Source: Vitrella brassicaformis CCMP3155 (taxonomy: Eukaryota > Protista > Chromerida). Taken from it: 64,000 nt of DNA. Location: contig CDMY01000859.1 of the NCBI GenBank assembly GCA_001179505.1, forward strand, positions 62,001-126,000, read 5' to 3'. A program made the translations under genes and the position numbers. How positions within the stretch are numbered: position 1 is the first letter of the stretch; the number at the start of each line of letters is the position of its first letter. Below, piece after piece: positions 26,201 to 38,757 of this stretch. The notes under the pieces were generated by a model. That model was given only the letters and a program-made list of their open reading frames with translations. It did no database searches and was not told the DNA's origin.

Positions 26201-26675
26201 ACCCCGAACCCTGCAAATGAAACCCTGGATGGGCCGCTTCCCTGCATGAGACGGACAGCCACGGCCATTGCAAACATACCCATGGAGTGTGACAGACTGT
26301 ACACGCAGGCACGCCAGACTGAGTCCATACCCACTCCCGTGTCCATTTAGCTGCACAACAAGCATTCCCTTCCCTGCCCCTCACCATGCACATGCCCTCC
26401 AATCCATCCAATCTGTCCACCCACCCAGGCAGGCAGGGAGGCAGCCACTCAGACGGCCACAGAGAGTAGGATCGTCACAAACCCAGCAGACAGCCAGCCA
26501 GCCAGCCAGCCAGCCAGACAGCTGAGCCAATGGAAGCAAAGAGTGCAGCAAAGCATCGCAACTTTGTACCCCCACACCCCCACCCACCCTCCACGGTCTG
26601 CGAGTGAGTGTCCTGTGTGCAGCGACAAGGCAGCCACGTTCCCTCCGCCCCTCAGCCATGCAACGACCTCTTGCA
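20253..26675. repeat. ~150-bp dispersed direct repeat (20253-20403 and 26521-26675)
   Basis: Both copies contain GCAGCAAAGCATCGCAACTTTGTACCCCCA...CTGTGTGCAGCGACAAGGCAGCCACGTTCCCTCCGCCCCTCAGCCATGCAACGACCTCTTGCA. Confidence 0.9.
21484..25290 (-). CDS. Divergent non-RD protein kinase, paralog 2, with a C-terminal EH (Eps15-homology) domain and a probable Arg/Ser/Gly-rich tail
   Basis: LGKGKGE, VALKRL, AEAKAM, LHPDGFYKN, MIDLGN, CGTRSFQAPE. Exons 22984-22891 and 22784-22685 splice in frame to YRSLFGAAGGDCLGFVRHGRARQILLTLGINVAVADQILRLVTRNKNGLGWEEFAMACRLVAFAQ. The 5' end and the tail beyond 22607 are uncertain. Confidence 0.85.
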
Positions 26676-28706
26676 TGGCTGAGAGACACTGTCTGTGGCA
26701 CACACGAGCTACAGCACACACATTCGTTTGGTGGACAAAACATAGCATGTAACATGGCATCCATCGCACGAAAAACAGCAGCATCAGCACCGTGCATCCA
26801 TCCGTCCGTCCAATCGTCTACCTCTCCTCTCTGCCCTCCTTCTAGCTGGCCCCCTTGCCCCAACCGCTCTACATGCGTGCGATGCCCCTGCCGATGGTCT
26901 CGACGCCGGCCCTGATGCCCTCTGCGAGCTGCTCCGCGCCCTCCCTGATGTCCGTGGCGAGTGCCCATGTGCCCATCATGAGGTCTTGGTCACCCGACCG
27001 GACCTCCCAGATGACGCGCCCATAATCATCTACTTCACCGGACGGCTCTCACCACTCCCACTCCCCCGTCCATGCGCTTGGCCGCCAGTGCGCCACGGGA
27101 TGCTGGTTGATGGCCCCCACTGTGGGCACCAGGCGGGCGTTGCACGCCTTGTATTGGGGTGCGAGCATCGCGAGGGCCCTGAAGAGCTCCGTCTCGATGT
27201 CGCTGAGGGTTCCGCGGTTGGCCATGTCCGCGCTCATGCCCCTCGCTGTGATGCGGCAGATGGTGTCCAACCAGCTCTCGGCGTACTGCAGCTGGGGTGA
27301 CTTGAGGGGGAGGGTGTCGAGCGGGCTGTCGACCTGGCCGTGGTAGGAGAGGGGGCGGCCGTCATGCTGCAAGAGGGGCCTGCCCAGGCCCGCGGCGGTG
27401 CGCAGCTCTGCCTTGTCAGTGCCCTTGTTGATGGCCACCCCTCTGGTAACGGCATGAAAGATGCTCGAGACGCCATACACCGCCACCGACTCGTCCACCC
27501 TGATCTCCTCTCGGCCGTCGGGGTGCAGCAGCAGCACCCTATTGGCGTGCAGGTCTTCTCGCACCTCCTTCAGGGCGTCCTTGAACTCCTCCCTCCCCTC
27601 CGGCCAGTCAGCGGGCCTGCCGGACTGCAGCACCACGGTCTCGGGCGACCGGAACCATTTCGTGCTGCCGGGCCGCTGATGCTGAGCCGCCTGGGTGTCG
27701 GGGTCCAGAGGGATGAAGGCGCTGCGGCTGCTGGGGTCCACCGTGACCATGTTGCCCAGGTCAATGGCCCGCACGCCGTTGTCCGCCGGATAGCGGTGGG
27801 GGTGCCGTTTGACGAACAGCACGCGTCGGGGCAGCATGATGTTCCTGTAGAAGCTATCCAGGAGAACCGCGCCGCGTGACAGGGCTCCCTGGTGGGCCTG
27901 CGTGACCAGGATGAGGGCCACGGTGATGGCCCTGAGGTCCTCGCGAAGCCGCTCCACCTTCTCCTCGAAGCTGCTCTTGCTGCTGCGGAATCGCTCGGCC
28001 ACATTCAGCAGGTTGAACGAGCCGGGGCGTTCCTCACCGTCCCAGCCGAACAGCTTGTTCGTCTCGACAAACCCATCAGGGCCTGCAGGCAGCCAGTGTG
28101 CAAACAGGGATACACATCTGATATGTTCTGATCTGATCTAATCTAATGTGGCTCACCAAGGTATTCCATTGCGATGCACAGCACGGCCTCCTTCGTCCCG
28201 TCGCTCTTGTGGTAGGTGGCTGGGCTGTGGGGATGGGTGGCGGCCGCGAGAACCGGCAGGAATGGCGGCCGGCCGGCCATCTGCAGCATCTTGCTCTCCT
28301 CGATTTGCAGCCCTCGCACCTCGTCGTCGTCGAAGGTGCCGTCCTCCTTCGGCGAGAGGCGCTTGACGGCGGCCGTGACGGGTGCGCCGTTGGGCTGCCG
28401 TAGGACGCCGAGGAGGACGGGCTCACCCTTGCCCTTGCCCGCTATGGCGCCTTCCCAGAGCTCCACCCACTTACGTACCCACTTCCCGTCCTGGAACTTG
28501 GGCTGGAAAACGATGCACGCCGGCATGGCTGATGCTGCTCGGCTGCTGCTGCTCTAGTGGTTCTCTCGTGTGGGCACCGTTGTGGCGCGTTCCAGACCCC
28601 ACCAAACCCCGAACCCTGCAAATGAAACCCTGGATGGGCCGCTGCCCTGCATGAGACGGAGAGCCACGGCCATTGCAAACATACCCATGGAGTGTGACAG
28701 ACTGTA
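26195..28706. repeat. ~110-bp direct repeat bracketing kinase paralog 3 (~26195-26305 and ~28600-28706)
   Basis: Both copies contain AAACCCCGAACCCTGCAAATGAAACCCTGGATGGGCCGCT...CCACGGCCATTGCAAACATACCCATGGAGTGTGACAGACTGTAC. Confidence 0.9.
26869..28526 (-). CDS. Divergent non-RD protein kinase, paralog 3 (exons 28526-28157 and 28082-26869), with an in-frame TGA at 27049-27051 in its tail
   Basis: AGKGKGE, AAVKRL, EESKM, VLLDSFYRN, AIDLGN, GSTKWFRSPE. Same phase-1 intron position as paralogs 1 and 2. The conserved tail continues 59 codons past the TGA to a TAG at 26869. Confidence 0.8.
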
Positions 28707-29052
28707 CGTGACTTCGCTCATTCATGTGCAAAAGCAGCTTCATTGATTGTCTCCCTCCTCCTTCACACCACCATGATGGGTCACAACAGCAGCTTTGCTG
28801 ATTCTCCACAGCCCTCAATGACAAACACACACACACATCCACACACACATTCCCACACACACACACATGAATTACGCTGCGCACCAAAAAGGGAGCATTC
28901 ACCGACCACCACTCACTGAGCTGAGCAGCAGCGCTGCCTCTACAGCCGCTGAATGAATGACTATCCACACACTTGACACGTGCAGCAGAAAGCCAGCCAG
29001 CTATACACAAGGAAAACAGAGACAAAAGGGTGGGTGCCGTCCGGCAATCTAG

Positions 29053-30991
29053 CTAACCGCCACAACTCTTGCCGTCTGCAGCGCTCTCTAGCCGCACGTA
29101 GACCTTCACCGGCGTCAGCGGCAGCATCAGGGAAGGCTCCGTCGACGCCTCGGGCGCACCCTCCGCCCGCACACACGTGTGGTCGGCCAGCAGCTTGGCG
29201 AGTATCAGCTTCATGAGGGGGAAGGCCACACCAGAGCCTGGGCAGCCCCTCTTGCCGATTGAGAAGGGGAAGAAGACGGGCGAGTGGCCGTGGGCGCCCT
29301 TGGTGTGGCGGGGCGGCGACACTCTGGCGGTAGACGACGGCAGGGCCTCCTGCTGGCCTTGCTGGCTCCCATCGACTGTCAGGAATCGTGACGGATCAAA
29401 ACTGTGGGGCTTCTCCCAGATGCTCTCGTCTCTGCACACAGACAGACACAGAGAAACAAACCTCGTGAGTGCAAAGCAGTGTTTAAACGGCGTGAGGGAG
29501 GACTCACCGGTGGACGAGCCATGGGTTGGTGAATACGTCGCATCCCTTCCGCATGGCGAGGGTTTCGCCGAGCGTGTGATCCTCCACCACCTTGCGGCCG
29601 ATGTGGATCGGTGGATACATCCTAACACACATACAGAAAGACGCCTTGAATACGACGCACTGGCTGGGAGATCACTGCTTGTCAGCCGGTGCTCACCTGA
29701 GTGTCTCCAACAGGACGCCATGCAAGATGGGCAGCCTGTCGACGTGCTCAAAGCCCACTGCATGACGGCTGAGGCCGCACACACGGTGAATCTCGTCACG
29801 CACCAACCCCTTAACGAACAACATAACATCGACAACAATCCCCACCCACCCCACCAAGACGCTTCTCTCCCTCCCCCTTCTGTCTATGTACCTGCCACTG
29901 GCAGTTCTCGTCTTGCGCCAGGTGCCAGAGTGTCCATACGATGGTGGTCGACACGGACGCCGCCCCGGTGAACAGCAGCTCCAGGATGACCTCTGTCCTG
30001 TCCTCCAGGCTCATCGACGGGTGCGACGCATTCAGGTGGGCGATGGCGCACCAGGGCCGGTCAGAGGGGTGGGCGGCGATGCGCTGGCGGACAGCTGTCC
30101 GGAGGGCATGGCAGAGGGAACGGAATCGGATGTTCCTCAGGAAAGGAAGTCTGTGCCAAAACCTGCGTCAACACACACCTGTCAGCGCCCTGGTGTCGAT
30201 TCTTTTGTCTGCGACGCGTACCACACTGTGTGTGTGAGCGGATCGTCGATCTGCTCGATGACAGCCTTCCACGCCCCCTCATACAGACGCCTCAGCTCCT
30301 CGTCGGTCTCCCCCAGCACCTCCACAAGCACCACATTCCAGTAGAAGGATCGAAAAGCCACTGCAAAGTCCGCCATCTCGTGTGCCTTCAGCTGGTGGAC
30401 GAAGCCGTCGATCAGCGGGTCGATTTGCGCCTGGAACAGAGCCCGATCATCGGGGCGCCTGAGGAGCTGAGAGACCAGCTGGTGGACCACAGGCCAGGCG
30501 TCGCTGCCCCCTGCTTCGCTCGCCTTGCCCTTGCCGCTGTAGGACAGGCGAGTCTTTCTGAAGGTCTCCAGCACCTGGATACAGCCACACCATAGAAACG
30601 ACGATGTCTGCTTGGCTCTTTGGCTCACCCCATAGGCGTGCATCTTGGTGTAGCAGTCGTTGTGTGACACGCACATCTGCCGCATCAGCACTGGGTCAGC
30701 GATGCAGTAGAAGGTCTTCAGGTTGAAGGGCAGCTGCAGCCTCAAAACGCCGCCCTCCTCACCAGCCCACCCACGCACGTGCTCCAGCAATGCACGTGAA
30801 TTTCGCCGGGAGGACAGAAGACCCAGATCGGCCGAGAAGAGTGATAGCGACCGAGGAGCATGGCCAGTCCGCTTCTTCCGTGCAGCACAGAGAGCAGCAA
30901 GGGCTCCAAATAACACGAAGACAAGCAGAAGCGCCGCTCCTTCGAGAATCAGCAGTTGCGAAACGCCTTGGATTTCAGATACAGCTGGCAT
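29053..30991 (-). CDS. Cytochrome P450, multi-exon
   Basis: N-terminal hydrophobic anchor (AALLLVFVLFGALAALCAA), I-helix ELLFTGAASVSTT, ExxR (ETLR), PERF-like FDPSRF, heme motif FSIGKRGCPG. Confidence 0.95.
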
Positions 30992-31177
30992 TGGGTGAGC
31001 ACTGAAGCCTTCGGGTCTTCTCGGGGGGAGAAAAATTCCGAGCTCAAAAGTGCGAGCTCGTCTTGAGATCGTTTCAGATCTGGCACACAGGTCGGCGCTG
31101 AGGAGTCCTGCCGGCCTGTGCGGCAGCCCTCTGCCATTTGGCTGCGATCTATTCATTTACCTCGGCCCAGATCCAAG

Positions 31178-33496
31178 ATGAGGTGGTGTCTGATGCTGGC
31201 GCTTGTGTTGATCACCGTAGCTAATGGCAATGAGGCCTCTGCGTCGGCAGGGTTTGCTTTCCCAGCACTCCATCGTCGCTCTGTTAGTCGCCTTCTACCG
31301 CAGACGCCGCCCTCTGATTCATCCCTGGTCAGGCCAAGCGCAGCTGCTGTTGCACTGGTGGATGACGTCACGCAAGAGAAGCCGCAGCAGCCGCAGCAAC
31401 TGGAGGCTGCACCCCTCGTCGAGCCATTCTGGGTGAGAAACACATCCATCGATGTGAGGCGGTGTTACGCTTTTTTGGTGGCTTGGTGTGTGTGTTGTCT
31501 TTGATCAGCGTGGGATTGCACGTGACGCGAAGGCCCGCTATGCCCTCTATCGCTCTGACATAGTGGACGGCATCTCCCTCAAGGCCCTCAGCTCCATTTT
31601 CTTCCTCTTCTTCGGCTGCCTGGCGCCCGCCGTGGCCTTCGGGTCGGCCATGGCTGCTGCCACCGGTGGGCAGATCGGCAGCATCGAGATGATCGTTGCC
31701 ACGGGGATGCTCGGCCTCATCTACGCGGCCTTCTCTGCACAGCCGCTGACCATCATCGGCAGCACCGGGCCGGTGCTGGCCTTCACTTCGGCCCTGTACA
31801 AGGGGTGTCAGGCGATGCAGTTGCCCTTCCTGCCCACCTATGTGTGCATCGGCCTGTGGAACACGCTCTACCTGGGAATTGCGGCCGTCTTCTCGATGAG
31901 TAACAGCATCAAGTACCTGACGCGATGGACGGACGAGATCTTCAGCCTCTTGATATCGGTCATCTTCATGTACGAGGCCCTCGTGTACTTCTCAGGCCTC
32001 TTCACAAACACGGCTGGTAAATGTGGAAGAAACTCTATGAGCATTTGTCTGTTTCCATTTCTGTGCGCTGGGCGTATTCAGTGTCTGCGAGCACCGCTGC
32101 CCTGTCCACCGGCATCGGCGCCTTCACCTTCATCGCGGCGGTGCTGCTGTCTGGCCTGAGGAAGAGCCCCTTCTTCAACCGATTCATCCGCGACAAGACT
32201 GCAGACTTCGGGCCAACGATTGCTGTCGCTGGCGGCAGTGGTCTGGCGTACTTGGCTTACCTGAGGTACGGTATCCGTCTGCCCACCCTGAGCATGCCGT
32301 CAGCTCTCACGACGTCCACTGGGAGACCGTGGCTGATGCGTAAGTCTAAGACAACGAGCACAGACGACAGAAGCACTCGGTGTTTTTTGTTTGTGTGGAT
32401 TGTCAGTGCGCAGCCTGTCGTCGCTGCCCTTGTGGGTGCGTTGGGGGGCCGCTCTGCCCGCCCTGATGTGCACGGTGCTGCTCTTCATGGACCAGAACAT
32501 CACTGTTCGTCTGGTCAACAGCAACAAGCACAAGCTCAAGAAGCCCAACGGCTATGACCTGGACCTCGCCACACTCACCGTCACCACAGGTGCGCCGGTG
32601 CACGTGACGTTGCCGAGAGTGTCAAGCTGTTTGGCCCCTGTCGGTCATCAGGCATCTCGTCTGTGTTGGGGCTCCCTTGGCTGGTGGCCGCGACTGTGCG
32701 GTCCCTCAACCACGTCCGCTCGGTCATGAACTTCGACTACTCAAAGGTGCGACGAGAGAATACAAGCCGCGTGACACACAGTCTTTGTCTCTATGGCTGT
32801 GTCAGGGGGGCGATGACAGCAGTGCTGTCGTGGGTTGTGACGAGCAGCGTGTGACAGGGCTGGGGATCCACACTCTCATCCTGACGTCAGTGATACTGTT
32901 CAGACAGCAGCTGGCGCTCCTGCCTGAAGCTGTACTCAAGGTCAGCCAGGCAGTACACATACGATGGCCAAACGAGCACAGGTGATTGGTGTTGTGTTGT
33001 GTTGTGTGTCAGGGTCTGTTCTTGTTCCTGGGTGTGTCCACCCTTGCTGGTAATGAGATGTGGCAGCGCACCAAGCTCTTCGTGACCGAACCGAAACTCG
33101 CACCCAAAAGGCCATGGTAAAGCGGACTGACAGACGTCACACAGACATGCACATCATGGGGGAGAGATAGGCTGCCGGCCTGCCTGTCCTTGGATCTGCG
33201 ACGTGCGCAGGACCAATGTGGTGCCATTGCGGAAGGTGCATCTGTTCACGGCCGCGCAAATCGCGTGCCTGGCCGCCGTCTGGCTGCTCAAGGTGAGGAT
33301 GAGGCAACAGAGACCGACCGAACTATGGTAATGTCTCGGTGTGGTGTGTGATCTGTGACCTGTCTGTCTGCAGGAGAGTTCCATTGGTGTGATGTTTCCC
33401 GTCATCATAGCGCTGCTGCATCCCATTCGTGTGGCACTGGAGAGATACAAGGCATTCTCGGCAGAGGAGGTGGCAGTGCTTGACAGCGAGGATTGA
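31178..33496 (+). CDS. SLC4/BOR-family (HCO3- cotransporter fold) anion transporter with an N-terminal signal peptide and transit-like extension, multi-exon
   Basis: IFFLFFGCLAPAVAFG, SAQPLTIIGSTGPV, YLTRWTDEIFSLLISVIF, LLFMDQNITVRLVN, GLPWLVAATVRS are characteristic SLC4/BOR segments. N-terminus MRWCLMLALVLITVANG. Confidence 0.93.
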
Positions 33497-33935
33497 CTGA
33501 CTGATTTATACGTGTGACGAAAGGGGGGCGGCCAGGCAGGCTGTGTGGGTGTATGCTGTCGGTGTCCTTGGGTCAGATTGATTTTTGGACGAATGAATAG
33601 ATGGGCCATGTGATGTGCCTTGTTGATTAAGCAAGTGGACGTGCGTGTAGATCCAGTTGAATCTCAATGCATGTTATGTTGACCCCCCAGCGTTTGTGTG
33701 TTGGCCATCTATGCACAAGCCGACGTATCGACCCGTCCGCCACACGCACCGTACACCCATCCCACTCAGCTACTGATCCTCTCGGGCATGTGCTGTGCCA
33801 GCCATCTGCCACGCGGCCACACCCGCCACCACCTGCGACACAGACGACGTCAGACGCACACAGGTCGTTATGAGAGGCATGCACTTCCCTCTACCATCCC
33901 ATATACCATGCCAGCCTCACCAGAATCATGGTTGC

Positions 33936-35753
33936 TCACGGCGTCTGGCCATCGAGCAGGACAGGTGCGACGGGGCCCAGTGGCCGCCGAGCCAGACTGA
34001 TCACACGCGGATACCTGGTCGTCCATGGGTCGCCGGGAGTGCCCACTGACTGCTCGTAAGTCGCAAGAGTGACCCTCACTGCCAACACCACACGCACACG
34101 TAAAGAATGGGTATGTTGGCTTGGCCCCTGGCTGCTAGCTACTCACCAGTTTGAAGGTCGTCAGGGTTGACGGGGACTTTGAAGGTCAGCCATGCGATGA
34201 AGGGGTCGTCGAAGGACATCAGGAGATGGTTGATATGAGAATGCCGCCCATCTTCCCGTTCCCGCGCCATGGCGGCTGTGCACCCCTCCAGCAGCGTGTG
34301 GGGTGATCCCGTCAACATCTTGTCGAGATAACCGCCTCCCGCGCTACTGAACGCGCAAACGCGCACACACGCACACATACATACAGACTGAACCCCCCGC
34401 ATGTACGTGTACCGGTTGATTTCCGCGGACGAGCTGGCTGGCGGGGGGCCAGTGAAGCGCACGAAGTGGAGAAGTATGGTGATGATGAAGCCGCTCGTCG
34501 ATCCATCGATGAGCCCTAGGTCTGGCACCCATTCGCCCGCCTCGTGGTCGTATTTGAAGCTCGCCAGGACGGGCGGGTCGTCGGGCTTGGCGTGCTGCTG
34601 GAAGGGGTGCTGCTGCAGGTGATGCACGAAGGTGCGAGGGAGGCGCGGGTTGAGTGTCATGGCGAACTCGGGCTCGTCTCGGATGGCTCGGATCTCGTTG
34701 GTAGTGGGATGGTAGAAGAGCTCAAACGTGCCGGCATGCTGGCCATCAGCACGGCGAAAAACTACGTGCCGCCCGACAATCATCCACTGGGCCGGCACTC
34801 GGGGCAGCGCTAAGTATGCCTACACACACACACACACACATACACACACACATACACACACACTGAGCAGATCAGACCGTTTCGTCCATCCTGTGTGTCT
34901 GCGCTGACCCTCTTCGTGTCGTGCTTCTGCAGATCTACAGCTTCGATGGTGATTGGGAGCTGGCAGTAGCCACACTGCCTCGCCCCCTTGAGCCCCTTGC
35001 GCACCTCGTCCCACCGGCCGCCCTCCTCCATCAGCCACACAGCCGTCATCACACCATCGTTGTCCAGCTGGGGAGCGAATCGCACCACGCCCGTCAGACC
35101 CGCCTTGTCGATGGCGTCGGTCAGTCGGCTTCGGAAGGCCTGACGGATGTGATCTCTCATCAGCCGCGCCGTGGTCTTGAGGCGGCCGACGACCGTCACG
35201 TCTGCGGATCCCTGCAGGTGGCACATGGCGTCAGGCGAGAGGTCCACCAACTGGGCCTGAGAGAAGGACACCCGTCCATCGCGATGACTGAATGCATTGA
35301 TGCCATTGTGTGGTGCACTGACCGATGCGTCGGTGCGTGGCTGTGGGAAGGTGGCCGACTTGACGAGGGCCTTGAGTGTGGCTCTCAACTTGGCAAACCG
35401 TTGCGATGCCGCTATCATGTGAACCAAACAATCCTGCATGACGCATACACAGACAGACAGACAGACGGCGGCAGTGAGTGTGTCGTGCATCCAGGTGCAG
35501 ATGCTGCAGCCTGCCTCCATCCATTCATACTTGCGAGGAGAGGTCCGATGGGTCCAGCGCCGACAACCGGTACATCAGGCAGCTGACCTGCACGATAGAT
35601 CAACACAGGACAGGCCAAGAAGGAAAGGTGCGTGTACAGTAGTGTACAGTAACTCCCATCGTGCGATACGCGTCACTGAGAGACGTTTTGGAGTACCTCA
35701 GAGTGCATGTGTTCTAGATTAGCCATCACGGTGGCCGCCTGGACCGCAGCCAT
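33936..35753 (-). CDS. Lineage-specific (Vitrella-type) hypothetical protein, multi-exon, apparently intact
   Basis: Exons splice in frame: MAAVQAATVMANLEHMHSE / VSCLMYRLSALDPSDLSSQ / DCLVHMIAASQRFAKLR...CGYCQLPI / ...AQWMIVG... / LTGSPHTLLEGCT / ...PVLLDGQTP stop. Family assignment is from memory only; start codon uncertain. Confidence 0.65.
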
Positions 35754-35795
35754 GGCGCCTTTTGACTTCGAAGGCCCCGCACTTCAGGCTTGCAA

Positions 35796-37478
35796 ATGGC
35801 TCGGCCCCCCCAGTCTCAAAGACGGAGTCTCAGCACAAGATCTCTCCTTCCAGACCTCTGGGCGTCGATAATGCATCAGAATCACACGACATCGGCAGAG
35901 CCCCGCCCAAGTACAGGCCCATCGGCTTCAGCTCACCAGCCCTCAGCGGCACTCGTTGAGGAACTGGAGCAGGCCAAGAGGGAGCTCGTCCAGCGAGATT
36001 TTGCCCTTCAGAGCATCACCAGAAGCCTGCAGAACGTGTCGAGGTTGGCACAGGATGATCGGCAGGAGGTGGTCCGGCTGAGACAGGTCCTCAACTCCGA
36101 GGGAGGGAGAGGAAACAGCAGCCGCCCGGCCCGGCAGCTGCCCGCCGTCTCTAAGTCTGCCGACGGGACCAGCACGTCGCCTTCGAGCGACAAAGACCGC
36201 GACAACAAGCCTGCCAGGGCGCACAAGTACCACGATGCAGCGGTCGACGACTTCCATCTGACGCCTCCCCTCAACCACACCCTCTCCGCCAGTCTCTCCG
36301 ATCTGTTGCTGCGGGGCATGCCGTCGAAAGCCAAGAAGGAAGAGCCCACTCGGCCACACGTTAGCCTCGAGAGCCGGATCAAATCGTCACACATCTACCG
36401 GCAATTGGAGGCCCAAAATCAGAAGTTGACTGAGCACCTGCGAGAGAGCGAGGAGCAGAGGAAGGGGCTTGAAGCGGAGCTTGCTGCCGTCAGGGCACGG
36501 TGCAGCACGGCAAAAAAGAGGGCGACCAAGGTGATCGCGGAGAGGGACAGGCTCCATCAGATGTGGAACACACAGAAGGAGTGGGCAGAGAGGCTGGAAC
36601 AGGGCAGGGAAAAGCTTGAGCAGGGCAAAAGAGACCTTGAGAGACAGCTGAAGCAGCACATCGAGGTGAGAAGGCGGCGTACACAAAGAGAAGGCAAAAA
36701 GCAATGGCTGCACTGTCCATATGCTGGACTGCAGCGCTATAGTGCATGCGAGAAAGCCGCAGACGAAACTGCCGCACAGTTGGCGGACGAGAGACATGCG
36801 ATTATTAGAAAAGACATGCTCTACGAAGACATTCTTGCCACTGCAACACGAAAGGTATAAAGGAGGTCTAGATATGCTGTCCTGACGTGGACACTTATTA
36901 GCTTTTCTTGCTTGCAGATTGAGCGACTGGAGGCCGACCTCACCGCAGCGACGGAGGAGACACGACGAGAATCTGCAATGCGATCCACCATCGAAAGGCA
37001 CTCCAAACGCGAGATTGACACATGGGACGCCAAATGCAGCCAGCTGCAGACTACATGTGATGAGCTTCAAAGGGCTTTGGAGTCCTTGGCAGCCGAGAAA
37101 GTACCTTGCCGATCCTCAGAGGCCCAGACGATAGACACGATAGACACCTTGGCTGGCGACGCTGAGCCTGCCCTCCCCCCTCCAGTTTCTATTGCTGACG
37201 GATCCACACAGACCGAGATTAGGGAGCTGTCAGCAGTCCGCTGCCTCGATTCTTTCTTCCAGTGCCCACAGTGCAGCGGCCCGCTCGACCGTCCCGTCAC
37301 CTACCTGCCGTGTGGCTGCAGCATTTGTGAGGGCTGCTTTGTTAAGGGATTAGAGCGAAAGCAGGGCAACATGAGCGACATGGTGTGTGAGGTGTGCTGC
37401 GGGACGGTGTATCGGGCTTTCGAGAATCCGCCGTTGCAAAGGCTGCAGAAGGAGTGGAAAGAGAGCTCTGCGCCATAG
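35796..37478 (+). CDS. Coiled-coil protein with a C-terminal RING-type zinc finger (exons 35796-36665, 36735-36854, 36918-37478)
   Basis: All three exon lengths are multiples of 3 with GT-AG introns. Heptad-rich E/Q/R/L segments, then CPQC...PCGCSICEGC...CEVC. Confidence 0.8.
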
Positions 37479-38757
37479 CAGTGACTAACTGTGCTGGGCC
37501 CGGGCATCTGTGACTGTGTCTGTGCGTTTGACTGTGTTGAACTGTGAGAACCACAGCCACGATGGATTCAGAAAGGTCCAATCCGTCTCTCATAGTCGAT
37601 GGCTCGAGTCATACACGCAAACACCACCACACATGTCTCTGCTGTGCATGCTCCAAGGAAGATGGGACTCGGAAATATAAAATGTAGACTGCAATTGCTT
37701 TCTCTCTGCCTTCCTAGCTCCCTCCCTCCTTCCCTTCCTCCAATCCATCCATCCATCCATCCATCCATCCATCCAGCCAGCCAGCCAGCCAGCCATCCAG
37801 GCACGCAGCCAGCCAGCCAGCCAGCCAGCCAGCTAGGCAAGCACCACCAATGCACCACCAATGCACTAGGTCTACTGGTCCGCCCACCAACGCATTCATA
37901 CCATTCGCAGTCAGTCGCATGCACACAGCCACGTTTATCCATCCATCAATCCATCCATGCAGGCAGGCAGGCAGGCAGCCAGCCAGAAAGACAGCCAGGC
38001 GGACGGACAGACAGGGTAGCGACTGCATGGCAGCCAGACACCCAGCCAGCCACAGAGAAGAGGGTCATCACACGCAGCAGACAGGCAGGAAAGCCAGGGG
38101 GAAGCAGACAGCCACGGTCGTTGAGGGAAAGAGAAGGCACACGGACACACACACGTACGCACAGGGTGCCGTGCCAATTGATGCTCTTGAAAGGAGGTTG
38201 CCTGTTTCTCTCTCTGTGTGTGTTTGTTTGTGTGCCTGCCTTTCGGCTCTCTGTCTCTCTTTCCGCCATGCACTAATGGGGCTATCGGCTACCACACGAG
38301 AATTGGCCAGCCAGGCATCATCCGGTGCAAAGTGACACGGGCCAGAATGGACTACCATATGCCCGTGTGTGTATACTCGACAACACATTGCCCGCTGCAG
38401 GGCTCGTCAACATCTTGCTAGTCACGTGAGTATCCTGAACGAGAACCGTCACACAAGCGGCCATATATCGGATGGGCTGACCTTGCTAGGTGGTGTGGCT
38501 TTGGGTTTGTCCTTGTACTTGTCAACCTCCTCTCTCTCTCTCTCTCTCTCTCTCCCTCTCACTCAATATTGGTCCCCGGCCCTTCTGTCCCTCTGCAACT
38601 AAGACTCCTCCTCTGTGCCCCCCTCCTCCTCTGTCCCATCCTCTCCCTCCGCACCGCCGTCTGTGCTGTTGGGCTTGCGGGGTGCGGCGTGGCCGGCGGT
38701 CGGTGTCCCACAGACGTGTCGAGGCTCGGGTAGAATCTGGAGCCGGGTTCTTGGGTG

